NCBI GenBank assembly: GCA_951406725.2
Contig: OX597831.1
Location: 12,214,001-12,278,000 of the forward strand
Reading direction: 5' to 3'
DNA: 64,000 nt
Origin: Octopus vulgaris
Lineage: Eukaryota
Part shown: in pieces, positions 14,153 through 28,428 of the stretch
How the letters are laid out: each line of letters opens with the position of its first letter
Position numbering within the stretch: position 1 is the first letter of the stretch
Made by a program: the position numbers and the translations under genes
The notes under the pieces: generated by a model
Told to the model about the DNA's origin: nothing
The model's input: only the letters and a program-made list of their open reading frames with translations
The model's database searches: none

Positions 14153-16218
14153 ATTTTCAAAAATAATTGAAACAATGGCAGTGGATGTCAACAGAAATAT
14201 GGTAACAAAAGGATCATTATACAGGTAGGAGTTTGGTAGTATAAGAACAAAAGACCTTTTGGTAGCACTAAGGAAAATAAAATATTTTAGATTTTATTAA
14301 TTCACAGGTGACTTTACAAATCCTTAAGGTAAAAAGTTTTTTTGGTTGGGGCAGGAGGTAGGATTTTTAAAAATTTAAATGCATCTGAGAGGTTCTGCAG
14401 TTATGATTTTAAGGAGTGCTTTGTCAGGTATTAAGCACGATCTGTTATAAGTACAGTTGTTTATTTGTTTTACATCTGTTTGTTAATGCTTGCTTGGGTT
14501 GGACAAATATGTTGAGATATTACTTTACAGCTGGATGATCTTCCTAATGCTAACCCCCACGTTTTTTGCTTAAGAAACCTCTTACTCCATAGTGCTTTAA
14601 ATTCACAAAGCAACTGAATGATTTGTTGACAGGAGAACCTGACAACAACCCTGCCTGCTTCCCTTTTCACCCAAGGGATCAGAGATAAAAACAAACACAA
14701 AGTTACACATATAAGTGTATATACATCAATCTTATTCCAGTTTCTGTCCACAAAATCCATTTTACAAGAAATATATGACAAGGAAGTTGTTCAGAGTCAC
14801 CGGGAAGAGTTATGGTTGTTTTTTAAATCTAAGATCTGCCATCATTGAACAAACTAACGGTGAAAGACTTCTACTTGTGCTCATCATTTCTTCTTTCAAT
14901 TCCGACTCCCTGCTTCCATATAACTTCATCCATCTCTGCACATATTTATCATAAACATTATCTACATCAACCTCATCATTTTTCCTGAATGTGCGACGGA
15001 CACAGAAATAGCTCCTTTCTACAGACCAAACTATTAAAAAAAACAAAAAACAAAACACACACACACACACAAATGTCTCTAGTAGATATAATTCTAAGAT
15101 ATATTCTCTAAAAGTAGGCAAATGGTTTCTCAGTAATTATATCCAATCCAATAGAATATAATATTTAAGTAGGTTAAAACAAAATACAAGCTTGTAGTTA
15201 TGAGGGACTTTAGCTATTATTATACCAAGGGATAAACACTGATTTGTCTTTGATATTTATCTAAGACAATGTAATGCCGTCAGGCATAATTTGTTACTGA
15301 TTCTCTTTGAGATTTAAATAGTGCAATGTGAATGTCATCAGCCACAGCACAAATTTTAAGCCATCTTTGAATTGAGTTGCAATAAATTTGCTTCATTCAT
15401 GCAATCATAATGAAACCAATCTTCTCAGAGATGAATTAAAAGGCAAATCATACTAAGTCTCCAAACAAAGAACATCAGACAAGACATTAACAATAAATAT
15501 ATTATGAATAACCTTCTCTGCTTCTCTAACCAGAATGTTTTCTATGCATGCGATGGAACAACACCAATCTAACAGAAAAGACAGGGAAGCAATGACGACA
15601 ATGAAACATGTACAGTGAAACATGTACAATGAATATTCCAAGAGACTTGATGAATACCAGCTTCTACTACAAATTCTAGCTGTAATGTTTATTCTGCTAA
15701 AACAATATTGGTAGGTATTGTTGTTGCTTTTAGATAATTTTCCAGACTAAATCACACCAGCTAAACACTCTACTAAATATCCCATTACCTTTACTTAAAG
15801 TAATCGGCTTCTTCCACTTTATCGCATCTAAGATTCTTTGTTTGTTTCCTTCTTTCTTCATTTATTAGCTTCAGCCGTTATATAAAATAGACTTAACATA
15901 TGTGAATTCCCCATATAAAAATAACATCACTAATTTTTTTGTCACATTCATTATTTTCTATATTAGCGATGCGCTGGATGTGTGGTTAAGAAGTCAGCAT
16001 TGAAACTATGTGGGGTTTTAGGTTCAATTCCCTTGTGCAGCACTTTGGACAAGTGCCATAGCTTCAGGTTGATGGATACCCTGGGAGTGGATTAGGGAAG
16101 ATAGAAAATATGAAGAAGCTTATTGTGTATATCTGTGTACACACATACACTCACACACAAAATGAAAACAAGAGAAATAATTCTCAGTGCCCAGTGGCAT
16201 GTATTTGAACAAATAAGA

Positions 16219-16259
<41 letters not shown>

Positions 16260-16410
16260 TGATGATGATGATATATATGTGTGTGTGTACATATATCTAT
16301 CTATCTATATATACATATATAAATACATGTGTACACACACACATGCATGCAAGCATACATATACCCACATACATAAACAAAGAATGTGAGTAAACGAATA
16401 AACCAATACT

Positions 16411-16701
16411 TTGTAAGCCTAGTACTTATTTTATCGGTCTCTTTTGCTGAACCACTAAGTTACGGGGACATAAACACACCAACATTGGTTGTCAAACTTT
16501 GGTGGAGGGACAAACACAGACACACAAACATATACAGATGATGGGCTTCTTTCAGTTTCTGTCTACCAAATCCACTCACAAGGCTTTGGTTGGCCCGAGG
16601 CCATAGCAGAAAACACCTGCCTGAGGTGCCATGCAGTGGGACTGAACTTAGAGCCATGTGGTTGGTAAGCAAGCTACTTACCACACAGCCACTCCTGCAC
16701 C
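16411..16701 (-). mobile_element. tRNA-derived SINE with CORE-like segment (most abundant family, about 20 or more copies or fragments in the window)
   Basis: Minus strand ggtgcaggagtggctgtgtggtaag (A box)...agttcagtccc (B box)...gtgagtggatttggtagacagaaactgaaagaagccc, followed by an internal microsatellite and a second module. Confidence 0.85.
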
Positions 16702-16742
16702 TAATACATATATACATATATATATATAATTAAAAGCGTAAC

Positions 16743-17066
16743 AGGCACGGGCGTGGCTGTGCAGTAAGAAGCTTGTTTCTCAACCACATGGTTCTTGGTT
16801 TAGTTTCACTGCATGGCACTTTGATCAAGTGTCTTTTACTATGTGTGTGTGAGTCTTTGTGTCTGTATTTGTCCCCTATCACTGCTTGACAATCCCTGTT
16901 GATGTGTTTATGTCCCTGCAATTTAGCAGTTCAGCAAAAGGGACCACTAGAATAAGTATCAGGCTTTTATAAGAAATTTGTGCTGGATTCGATCCATTCA
17001 GCTAAAAAATGTTTCAAGGCAGTGCCCCAGCATGGCCACAATATAATATGACTGGAACAAGCAAAG
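16743..17066 (+). mobile_element. tRNA/CORE-like SINE, inverted relative to its neighbour
   Basis: Same family, internally deleted. Confidence 0.8.
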
Positions 17067-17146
17067 GAAAAATATTTTAAATATCAAAAAGAAAAAAAAC
17101 TCCCCAAATCCTATTGAATGTAAATACATGTTAATGCTATGCTTAC

Positions 17147-17385
17147 CCAAATGTGGGGCCACCTTGACTTAAATCAAAGACTTGCCGAGGGTTGAGTAAC
17201 CAACAGAACTTGTGCATTATTTTGGCCCCTTGGTTTCCTCCACTCTTTGGATTGATAAAGACCAAAAGGGGTTTAGTTGTCGGTGACGGAATGGACTTCA
17301 CAATAAAAGTTTTCTGTTCATCTTTATTTTTCTTCTTTTTTAATGATGCCTTTTTTCTTTTTCTCAGAGAAGATTTGAATGAACC
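17147..17385 (-). CDS. DGKZ: Diacylglycerol kinase type IV, internal exon: MARCKS-like basic segment and start of catalytic domain
   Basis: 239-nt exon with cctttttcatttcag| acceptor and |gtaagc donor, phase 0 in and phase 2 out. Translates [79 protein letters not shown](G), containing the [15 protein letters not shown] and [12 protein letters not shown] signatures. Not in the ORF track. Confidence 0.97.
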
Positions 17386-18757
17386 CTGAAATGAAAAAGG
17401 AAAAAAAAAAGAAATATCAGCAAAACAAAAACAATGGTTAGCATTGTGGCACTGTTATATTATTATGGTTTTGTGTGCGACCAAAACCACCTTTAAATCA
17501 GAGAATATTGTTAGTGCATGTCAATATGTAGGACTGTGGAAATAAAAGAGTTACAGAGAGGAAATTGATTAAAGTCTGAGTCTTTCGTGACAATAAAAAC
17601 TCATTTAAAATTACATCCAAAGAAATCAATGTTTGCATTAACAACTTTGAAGCTATTCAATATAAAACATAAAAACCTCAGTAAGTTGATGGGATTCAGT
17701 TCCAGTTATATAAGAATGGACAATAATATTGTAAAGACATGATCTAGTGGTTAAGGCATTAGTTTTATGATCATCAGAATGTGGGTTCGATTCCTGTTGT
17801 TGCATGGGTGTTGTGTAACTGTTGTTATTGTTGTTGAATGAAAATTGTTTCTTGGGTTGTGTGAAGAAGTATCTACCAACACTGATGAACATTTAACTGA
17901 ATATTTCATTATTGCACAGAGTCTGTTTTTTTCCAAATAACAACAACAATAACTGCATACTAAGGAGAGAGAGATACTGCTTGGAGTTTACTGCAAGCTT
18001 ACTGATATGGCAACATGTGGCTGGCCCGGCATCAGTGGAAGCAGCTGTGCTATATTGGTAAGGATGGAGATTCCTGCTGTCTATCTACCATCTTCCTTTG
18101 TCATCTGGTTGTGACAAGAATAGAGGCACATTGTGCGGCTGCCTCAACATGTAGAAGATTAGGTTACAAAAAGAAAAAAAAAATCCTTGGGTGGGAAAAA
18201 GTCAAAAAGCTGCTTGAGGGAAATGAACTTGTATCTTCTGTAAACAAGTTCTGTCCAATTTTGAAGAATCCATTCTGACCAGTGAGGGTTGTTGTTTACA
18301 TTATAAGAATTTAGAAATTTTGAGAGATAGGCACAGGCATGGTGATCAGTCAGTCATTACTGTTTTAATATCTATTTTTTGATGGTGACAGAGGCTACTA
18401 TCAGTCTATAATTTAGTCATCACAATACTACAGAACAGTATCATATTGTCTCTAAGACACAGTATTCCATAATATGATGTTTATACTGTTACACTGTCTA
18501 TCTTGGTCTTCCAGCATATTCTAATAACAATATGTGACACATATCACCCAACCTCTGTCAACCATCGATCATTTATTGTGAGAATTTCCACTCATAATTT
18601 GATTTTGTAGATACCTACTTTGGCACAATATTGTCACTCTTCCTTGTGAATGAAGATTAAATGAGCCTGATATCAAGTCTTTGTACAATCTCTCTCTCTC
18701 TCTCTCTCCCTCCATATATATGAGTGTATGTGTGTATATATAAATATATATACATAT

Positions 18758-18803
<46 letters not shown>

Positions 18804-18804
18804 T

Positions 18805-18967
18805 AGATGCAGTGATGGCTGTGTGGTAAGAAGTTTGCTTCCCATTCACGTGGTTCTGGGTTCAATTCCACTGTGTGACACTTTGGACAAGTATCTCTTA
18901 CCACAGCCCCAGGTCAACCAAAGCCTTAAGAGTGGATTGACAGATGGAAACTGAAAGAAGCCTGTCG

Positions 18968-18998
<31 letters not shown>

Positions 18999-19222
18999 TT
19001 CTATATTTGTGTGTGTCTTTGTGTTTGTTTCCCACCACTGCTTGACAACCAGTATTGGTTTGTTGATGTTCCCATAACTTAGTAGTTCAGCAAAAAGAGA
19101 CAGATAGAATAAGTAGCATTCTTTAAAAAATAAGTACTGGGGTTAATTTGTTCAGCTAAAACTTGTCGAGGGCAGTGCCCCAGCATGGCCACCACAGTCT
19201 AATGACTGAAACAGGCACAAGG
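18805..19222 (+). mobile_element. tRNA/CORE-like SINE, full length
   Basis: Head, core, (TA)n, and 3' module ending gtctaatgactgaaacagg. Confidence 0.85.
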
Positions 19223-19315
19223 TAGAATATAAACACACACACAACACATATAAATATATACATACATAACATTGTCATCACTGTTTAATGTCCATCTTCC
19301 ATGCATGCATGGGTA

Positions 19316-19355
<40 letters not shown>

Positions 19356-21207
19356 CTAACTGGTAGTCCATTGGTTACAATGACAAGGGATCCAGTTGAT
19401 CCGATCATTGGAACAACCTCCCTGTGAAATTAATGTACAAGTGGCTGAGCACTTCACAGACATGTGTACCCTTAACGAACGAGAGAGGGAGAGTGAAAGG
19501 GAGAGAGAGTGAGAGAGAGAGGAGTCTATTGACAACAAGGTTGAGCTCTGGGCATATTTTTTTGATGAAAATGAATGTGGGATGGTCAGAGTTGGTTTCC
19601 TTGTTAGTCTGAAGTGATTGGCAGTGTTTTTATACTTGGTGTGTTTGAGTGTGCAAAGGAAGGGGTGAGAAGGGATAGTTTGGGAGGAGATTAAGCTGCT
19701 ATTATATGCAGTGTGCAGATGGATGCAAAGCAGCAGAAAATGTCGATATATTTACATTTGTAAAATCTCAATAATTTGAAAACACTAATTACAAAATTTA
19801 AATCTGCAATAATCTTAAGGAAAACAATCTATACAATATATTATTTAGACTGTGTATTTTGTATTTTCAAAATAATCCTTGAAATAAGTTGTTTTGGAAG
19901 AGTCAGATGAAATTAATTTCTGAGAAAATTTTCTTGTTAAAACAAAGCTACAAAGCTGTAGCAAGTGAATCTATTGTTAGAATTAACAATCAGTTTAAAA
20001 ACAATGAAGATGAGACTGAGAGTTGAATCTGGATAATGAGTTTAACTTTAATTTGAATCTATTTTTAAAAAGTGAATGAAATGATAAATATTTATTGCAG
20101 TTAAATTTGACATGAACCAGATGAAACTCAAGCAAGCTTTTATTGTATTTCATCATTGGCAAACATGCCAACATGCGAAAAAAAGAAGAAAAAAATAAAC
20201 GGAAAAAAAAATCTTCTACATAAAAATCACTAGCATTTAATTATTTCTTTCAAGCAAATTTAAAAAAAATAATAAGTATCAATTCTGAAATTCTTAGATC
20301 AATATATGGAATCAAATGTTTCATTAGAATTTTCAGAATTAAAGAAACTCCAATTACTAAGTGAAAATTAAAGTTTACAATTTGTAACATATTAGAAAAC
20401 GACAACAACAACAATAACAAAACGGTAAATTTCCTTCTTTTAATATCACTATGACATCAATATAAGGCAACAGTAAATATTTGCATTTAATTACAAAGGA
20501 TGTAGCCTGTAGACTACTTGAATGTAATTAACTACAATACAAAATTTGAACAGAACATCATTTATATTTTAAATCAATTTTTTTCTTAAATAACTGCAGA
20601 TATTACAAAATTTTCAATTTCGTTTTCAACTTCAGCCAAATGGAGTAATCTGCTTAAGATTTACAAACTCCTGTTTATGTTTGTGTCTTATTTAAAGATC
20701 TCAAATGAGATTTATCTTTCGTTTGGGTGAATGTTATAGAAAATGTCGTTATATAAGGGCAAAACAAATCTTTGTAATTCTTGAAACGTCCAAATTAATT
20801 TTTAAACAATTACTTTGTACTAAATTCTTTTGATGATTAATTAGTTGGATATATAAATGCTGAATTCTAGGAGTATGAAACTAAAGTAGACCAAAGTAAG
20901 GCCAATGGTGGGTCTTAAGTGTTAGATGGTTTAAAATCAAAGTGCCTCCACGCGGTCACTCAATCTCTAAGAAATAGCAGCCAATGTACCACTTAAAAGA
21001 CACTGTTTGAAAATATAACCAAATGGTCATGGTTGGAAAACTTTGATTGGAAATCTGTTCTTCAGAGCTGACATGGGACTAAAGAGCAATGTGAAGACTT
21101 GGAGAGAAGAGAGAACAACAAGGCACCTTGCCAGTAGGACAGTCTTTGGTATTGGTTCTTGCAATGTTCAATATCATCTTACATTTCAATATTTCAGAGA
21201 TGAGGAA

Positions 21208-21370
21208 TTATTTACATTATTTACATTTGATGGATATTTGTCCTCATCCTGTTTATTGTTAACACAACGTTTCGGCTGATGAAGGCTGGAGAGTTTATCA
21301 GCCGAAATGCTGTGTTAAACAACAAACAAGATGAGGACAAATATCCGTCAAATGTAAATAATGTAAATAA
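21208..21370. repeat. Near-perfect 73-bp inverted repeat (fold-back) carrying an HHR core; probable PLE terminal-repeat derivative
   Basis: Arms 21208-21280 and 21297-21370 differ by 5 substitutions and 1 indel, with a 16-nt loop. The centre reads CTGATGA-a-ggctg..cagcc-GAAA. Confidence 0.85.
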
Positions 21371-21475
21371 TCTATCATCTTACATTGTTAGAGAAAAGGA
21401 AAACAAATCTTATTTTTATGTATCTCAATATGATTTGATACATTGTGATGGTGTGGAGTTGAGAATGATAACCAA

Positions 21476-21634
21476 GGGGTGGCTGTGTGGTAAGAGGCTG
21501 GCTTACCAAGCACATGGTTCTGGGTTCACTCCCTCTGTGTGGCATCTTGTGCAAGTATCTCCTACTATACCCTCAGGCTGACCAAAGCCTTGTGAGTGGA
21601 TTTGGTAGACAGAAACTGAAAGAAGCCTGTTGTG

Positions 21635-21707
<73 letters not shown>

Positions 21708-21903
21708 GTATCTGTGATTGTTCCCCCACCATCACTTGGCAACCAATGCAGGTGTGTTTACATCCCCGTAACTTAGCAGTTCAGCAAAAGAGACTGATAG
21801 AATAAGTACTAGGCTTACAAAGAATAAGTCCTGGGGTCGATTTGCTCGAATAAAGGTGGTGCTTCAGCATGGTCACAGTCAAATGACTGAAACAAGTAAA
21901 AGA
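21476..21903 (+). mobile_element. tRNA/CORE-like SINE, full length
   Basis: Same family, with internal (TA)n(TG)n. Confidence 0.85.
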
Positions 21904-21932
21904 ATATATTAGGCAAGGATGTGTGTGTGCAT

Positions 21933-21983
<51 letters not shown>

Positions 21984-24723
21984 TGTGTGTGTGTGTATAT
22001 ATAAAAATCATCATTCAACAATCTTCCTGCCGTGCTGGCTTGGGTTGGAAGGTTTGACAGAAGTCAGCAAGTCAGAGCACTGCACCAAGCTCTGCTTTGG
22101 CATGGGTTTCAACAGCTGGATGTCCTTCCTAATGCCAACCACTTTACAGAGTGTACAGGGTGATTTTTACATGGCACCAGCAACTGTGAGGTGATGAAGT
22201 AACTTGCAAATCAAGACTCCTTTGATGGCAGGGGAGTAGTATTGAGGGAGATGGAGATTTGTGCCAGGTGTTGGGAGGCTGGAGTATGAATTAGCGGGAC
22301 AGAAACAGGGGTTTTGCAGTGGAGGAGAAACGGGGCTACCTTTGCTGGAGAGAGTGAGAGAGTGGAGAGAGAGATAAAAAGGAGAGAAAGAGAAAGAGAG
22401 AAACAGATGGAGAAGAGCATAGGCAAGGATGTGTTCAGAATAGTTGAATATTTCATTGGCATTGAAAAAGAAACTGAAGTTACTGAGGTGAGGATGAAGA
22501 AGGTAACACTATAACAATAGATCTAAAAGGGTTTTTAAATCTTTAACAAAGGTTTTCAGTGCTAACTACAAAAGACAAACTTCAAAGAACTGTTATTTCA
22601 TGCATTCATTCAGAGTTTCAAAATATAATTTGAAATGTAAACTACTTCTTTTTTATTTTTTGTTGTTGTGAAGTTGTAGAGTTGGGGTTGGTGCTATCTA
22701 CATGGCCTAACTCACTGATTATATATATTTGTTTTCAGAAATGTAATGAAATATGCATTTTATAACCACCATAAATTAGTAATCTATGTAACATGCACAT
22801 ATACATATGTGATTGCAGAGTTGTTTCTTGTAACCTTTTCTTTGGCTGTTTGATGTTGGAAAACTTCTTTCAAGCCATTTTCATTCCAGCTATGAAAGTT
22901 AAAAGAACGAGTTTGCAGATTCATAGTAATTCATTTGTTAATTTCAAATTTCTGAAGTTTTTTAAAAATTTATTTTCCTCCTTCCTTCTAGCATTGCTAA
23001 TAATAAATAATATGTAACCTAGGCAACAACAATGAACAACAGAAATGTATTTTATTCAGATTTTTTTTTTTTTTTTGAGAGCAATCTTTACATGGAATTA
23101 TAAACTTGGGTTAGTTAAAAAAAGAAAAATGACTGCTGTATTGTATAAGCAAGATTTAGTTATTCTCTAGCCAGAAGATACCAGACTAAATGATTCAGTT
23201 CAAAAGTACAAAGCAAAATGCACCTCAAAACATTAGCTAACTATTAAATTCTGTAAGGAATTTAGCTTTCAGGAATTAAAACCATTTTTCTAGAAAATAA
23301 AATTCCAAGAAGTTTAGTAAATTAGAGTTTATTCTTAATGATTTTCTAATTCATCAGAAGACATTCATTAGTGGTAATTAAGATTCTATCAACTACTTCT
23401 AAGGTGTTATATATATATATGTATGTATATATGTTGCTTACAAGGATGACAGCAAATAAAAAAAAAACACCCAGCAAAAACAAAACAAATATTATCATCA
23501 AATCTTTTTGTCAAGAATCAAAATAATTTCAAGTTGAAAAATATTGAAAATTATTTTATTTATGGTTAGTTTATTAGATTGTTTTTTAAATTCCCATAAG
23601 TGAATCTTAGCGTTAAGTCAGTCCATAAATTGTTTCACATTAAACTAATATTATTAAAACTTCTATTCGTTCCCATGTTCCACAAAAATAAAAAAAAAAG
23701 AAATAATTATAATAAAATAAAAACAAATACAGAAGAGAATGACATCATTTCATAATATATTATGAATCAGTCTTTTGTTAGTTTTTCACACACACACACA
23801 CACCTTTGTGTTTCTCTTGGCACATGGTGTCAGGCATAGCTGTGTGATTAAGAAGGTTGTTCAGAGCAAGTGGTTCTGGGTTCACTTCCAAGGTAAGCAC
23901 CACATAGGCAAATGTTTTCTATCAGAGTCTCATGTGAGTGAAATTTGGTATGTGGAAACTATACAGAATCCTATTTGACACATGGATACACAAACACACA
24001 CACAGACACTCATATATATATATATACAGATCTAAATGTCCATTATGATTCAGTTCCATTTCTATGTACCAAATTTCACTTGAAACTATGTGCGCATGCG
24101 CATGTGTGTGTGAGAGAGAGAGGGGGGAGAGAGTGAGAGAGAGAGAGGGAGAGAGAGTACAAGTGTAACGGTGTGGGATGGTAGAAATCAGCAGACAGAA
24201 TGTAAAATTGAATTCATCTCATTTTCATTGCCTTCAGTCAACTTGCCTCCAGTTATCCTCAGAGACTGATAAACTTAGTACAAGAAATGAGTGCCTTAAC
24301 CTTTCTGCTGAACTCCACTAACTCGACTCTTAAAGAATTAAGAAAAACAATGAAGAACTTATCAGAATAACTTTGATGTCACAAAGCTGGCATTTGGAAC
24401 ATCAATTAAAATGAAATATTAACCGAATGTTTTTATTCAGATCACTGCAAGCTTTTAGCATTCGAATCAGCCATATCCTGTCTAAATATTCCACCCACCC
24501 ATTTTATGCTCAGACCAGATCCAGCCTCTTACACTTACCCTGCAATATCCCTCTAAGAATAAACAAAGCAATCACACCATGAAAATCTTGAAGCTACAAG
24601 GTAATGCATGATTCTCAATGTTAAAGGGTTAAAAGTAGAAATTTGAATCATAAGAGCATGGGGCAGTCCTAGGTGGGTTGGTATCAAAAGGGTTAGCCCT
24701 AAAATGCAAAGCTACAGTATTCA

Positions 24724-24943
24724 TTCTTTTATTTGTTTCAGTCATTTGACTGTGGCCATGCTGGAACACTGCCTTTAGTCGAACAAATTGACCCCAGGAC
24801 TTATTCTTTGTATGTCTAGTACATAATCTATCGGTTTCTTTTGCCAAACTGCTAAGTTATGGGATGTAAATACACCAACAGTGGTTGTCAAGCAATGGTG
24901 GGGGAACAAACACAGACATACAAATATATACATATATACATAT

Positions 24944-24974
<31 letters not shown>

Positions 24975-25205
24975 CAGATGAGTGGTACAACAAGGCACCA
25001 ATATATATATATATATATATATTATATTTGTATATATATATGATGGGATTCTTTCAGTTTCCATCTAACATCTCCACTCATAAGGCTTTGGTCAGTCCAA
25101 GGCTATAGGAGAAGATACTTGCCCAAGGTGCTGTGCAGTAGGACTGAACCCCCGGGACCATGTGGTTGGTAAGCAAGCTACTTACCACACAGCCACTCCT
25201 GCACC
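24724..25205 (-). mobile_element. tRNA/CORE-like SINE, full length
   Basis: Same family, reverse orientation. Confidence 0.85.
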
Positions 25206-25827
25206 AATGGTCATTGTTTGATCACTGAAACCTGTAAAATAACAATTCCCTCTAACCTATCCATGCCGTACCTCTTTGTGTCTAGATTAAGTTGTTAGAA
25301 TAACCAAAGAGTTTAAAATCCTTTAAATGTTATGTTTTTCAATAGCTAACAACAAAAAAAAACAAGCAAGATGTTAATACTATTGAATAATAATTTATGT
25401 GAAATCCATCAAACTAATTTTAGAAAATATCTATAAAAGACAAACCTTTTCTTGAGTATCAGATTGTTATTAAAACAGGATTTGAAATATTATTATTATT
25501 ATTATTATTATTATTTTCTAGTTTTAACAATACTTTCATGGAAATAAATGTTCAGAAAAGAGACATTATAGAACGTTTACTGTATGAGAAGCTTGCCATA
25601 TAATCTCTCAACAACAACAATATCAATAATAATAGTAATAATAATGATAAAAACCTTTTATTTTAAACATATAATATTGGATGACAATGGAATAGTAATT
25701 TTACATAAAATGTACATTTATGGCAATAGATGGAATTATTAACACATTGTAACAATTTAATTTATATTGCTAGTATTACAATTTCCTGCCGGAAACAGAG
25801 CAAGAGATTTAAACTCATAATGGTGCC

Positions 25828-26470
<643 letters not shown>

Positions 26471-26987
26471 TATGGCCATTTTAAGTCGAGCTGAGAAAAA
26501 TAAAACCCAAATAATGGCTCACATGGTAGTTTGAAGAAATTTAAAATGATGCAATTTATATAATGTAATTTTGCAGTGGGTGGATGGCGGGAACTGGTAG
26601 AGTGTCAGACAAATATTTAAGTCACGTCCTGCTACATTCTGATTCTATATATTTTTATATTTTTCAATGATAGGATTTACTTTACAACTATAACAATAAT
26701 GAGTTTTGAGACAAATGATTGTTGAATCAGTCTTTATTGATGTTTGACATTAAGAGTGTGTGTGTGTGTGTGTCAGTGTGTCCGTGTATGTGCTCACGTC
26801 TACAAAGTTATTAAGAGAGTGAGTAGGTGTTGTATACAGGAATTACATAAATACAAAATTGCTTTGATTACTATTGATTTTTTTTTTCAAGAAATTCAAT
26901 ATTTCTATAAAGGAATTGTGATTTTTCAAATAAAAAAAATTATTTTGTCAATACTAATCTGAAGTGTTTGCTTGTTATATAGTGGGC

Positions 26988-26988
26988 A

Positions 26989-27020
<32 letters not shown>

Positions 27021-27021
27021 C

Positions 27022-27052
<31 letters not shown>

Positions 27053-27053
27053 C

Positions 27054-27104
<51 letters not shown>

Positions 27105-27141
27105 CATATATATATACATATATATATACATATATATATAC

Positions 27142-27178
<37 letters not shown>

Positions 27179-27247
27179 CATATATATATACATATATATA
27201 TACATATATATATATGCATATATATAAACACACACACACGTATATAT
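26988..27247. repeat. (TG)n-(TA)n/TATACA-(CA)n compound microsatellite
   Basis: Directly visible. Confidence 0.95.
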
Positions 27248-28044
27248 CTCAATGTCAATAGTTCATTTTCTAGAAATAAATCTCTATTATATTCCCTCTT
27301 CCTTTCTCAATGAACCCAAAGTAAAGTTTCTGATAGAAGACAGGAAATGAGGATTTAAAGAAAAAACAATGATTAGTTAAAAGAAACCTATTTAGATACC
27401 CTTTTCTAAACTGGAGTTGAAACTGAATATACTGTGTAATCGATAATGCAGTCACTTGTGAATCAATGGATATGTGGTTCAAATCTTGTCAGTGAACCTG
27501 CTTTGTTGTCTTAGATTAATGCTTGGAAGAACTAATATCATTTAGTAAACATTTTAGTATTTAATTTATAATGTTCAATTTTGTTAATAGCTTCTTAAAT
27601 AGCTTTAAATCTGTTCAAATGAAGAAGGTTTCACTCATCAGTTATTGACGTTAATTTTGATAAATAGCAGAAATAATTTCGTGATATTATTTTTCAATCT
27701 ATTTAAAAATTCAGACTGATTAAAATTCAAACCTGCAAAATACAATATTTGCTTGTCTATGGAGCATTTTTGTGTAATTAAGAAGAGTGCATTACAAATC
27801 GCATGAGTCAAGGCTCAAATCCTCTTCACAGCAACTTGGGCATGTAAATTCTTTCTTAGAATAAATTGGTGAAATACACTAGATGGGAACTGTGCAGAAG
27901 CCCGTCAGAAGTGTGTGTGTGTATGTGTGTGTGCGTATGTGCATATGTATTAACACTCATTATGAAAAATCAATGCGAAAGACTAGAAAAAATCTGGTGG
28001 TTTCCAATCTCTTATTGTTTACATTCAACTATGTTTCTCACATC

Positions 28045-28428
28045 TTTTATCTGTTACTTGTTTCAGTCCCAGGAGTTTGGCCCTGCTGGGGCATCACCTT
28101 GAAGGGTTTATCCCAAACAAGTTAGTACCTACGTTTGGTACTTATTGATCACGTTTGTAAAACTGTAAAAAAAAGTTACAAGGATGAGAAAAAAAGCCAA
28201 CACCTGTTGTTAAGCGATGGTGGGGGATGAACACAAGCAAACACATACACACACATATATGCATACATATACACGATGGGCTTCTTTCCATTTCCATCAC
28301 CTCAATCCACTCACAAGGCTTTGGTTGGCACAGGGCTATAGTAGAAGACACTTGTTCAAGTTACAACACAGAGAGACTGAACCCAGGACCTTGTGGTTGG
28401 GAAGCAAACCTCTTTCAATACAGCCACA
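28045..28428 (-). mobile_element. tRNA/CORE-like SINE
   Basis: Same family, reverse orientation. Confidence 0.75.

Noticed and set aside
17740-17815. tRNA-like sequence with A/B boxes
   Set aside because: No acceptor stem or full cloverleaf. It is a decayed SINE head, as are the other tRNA-like heads.
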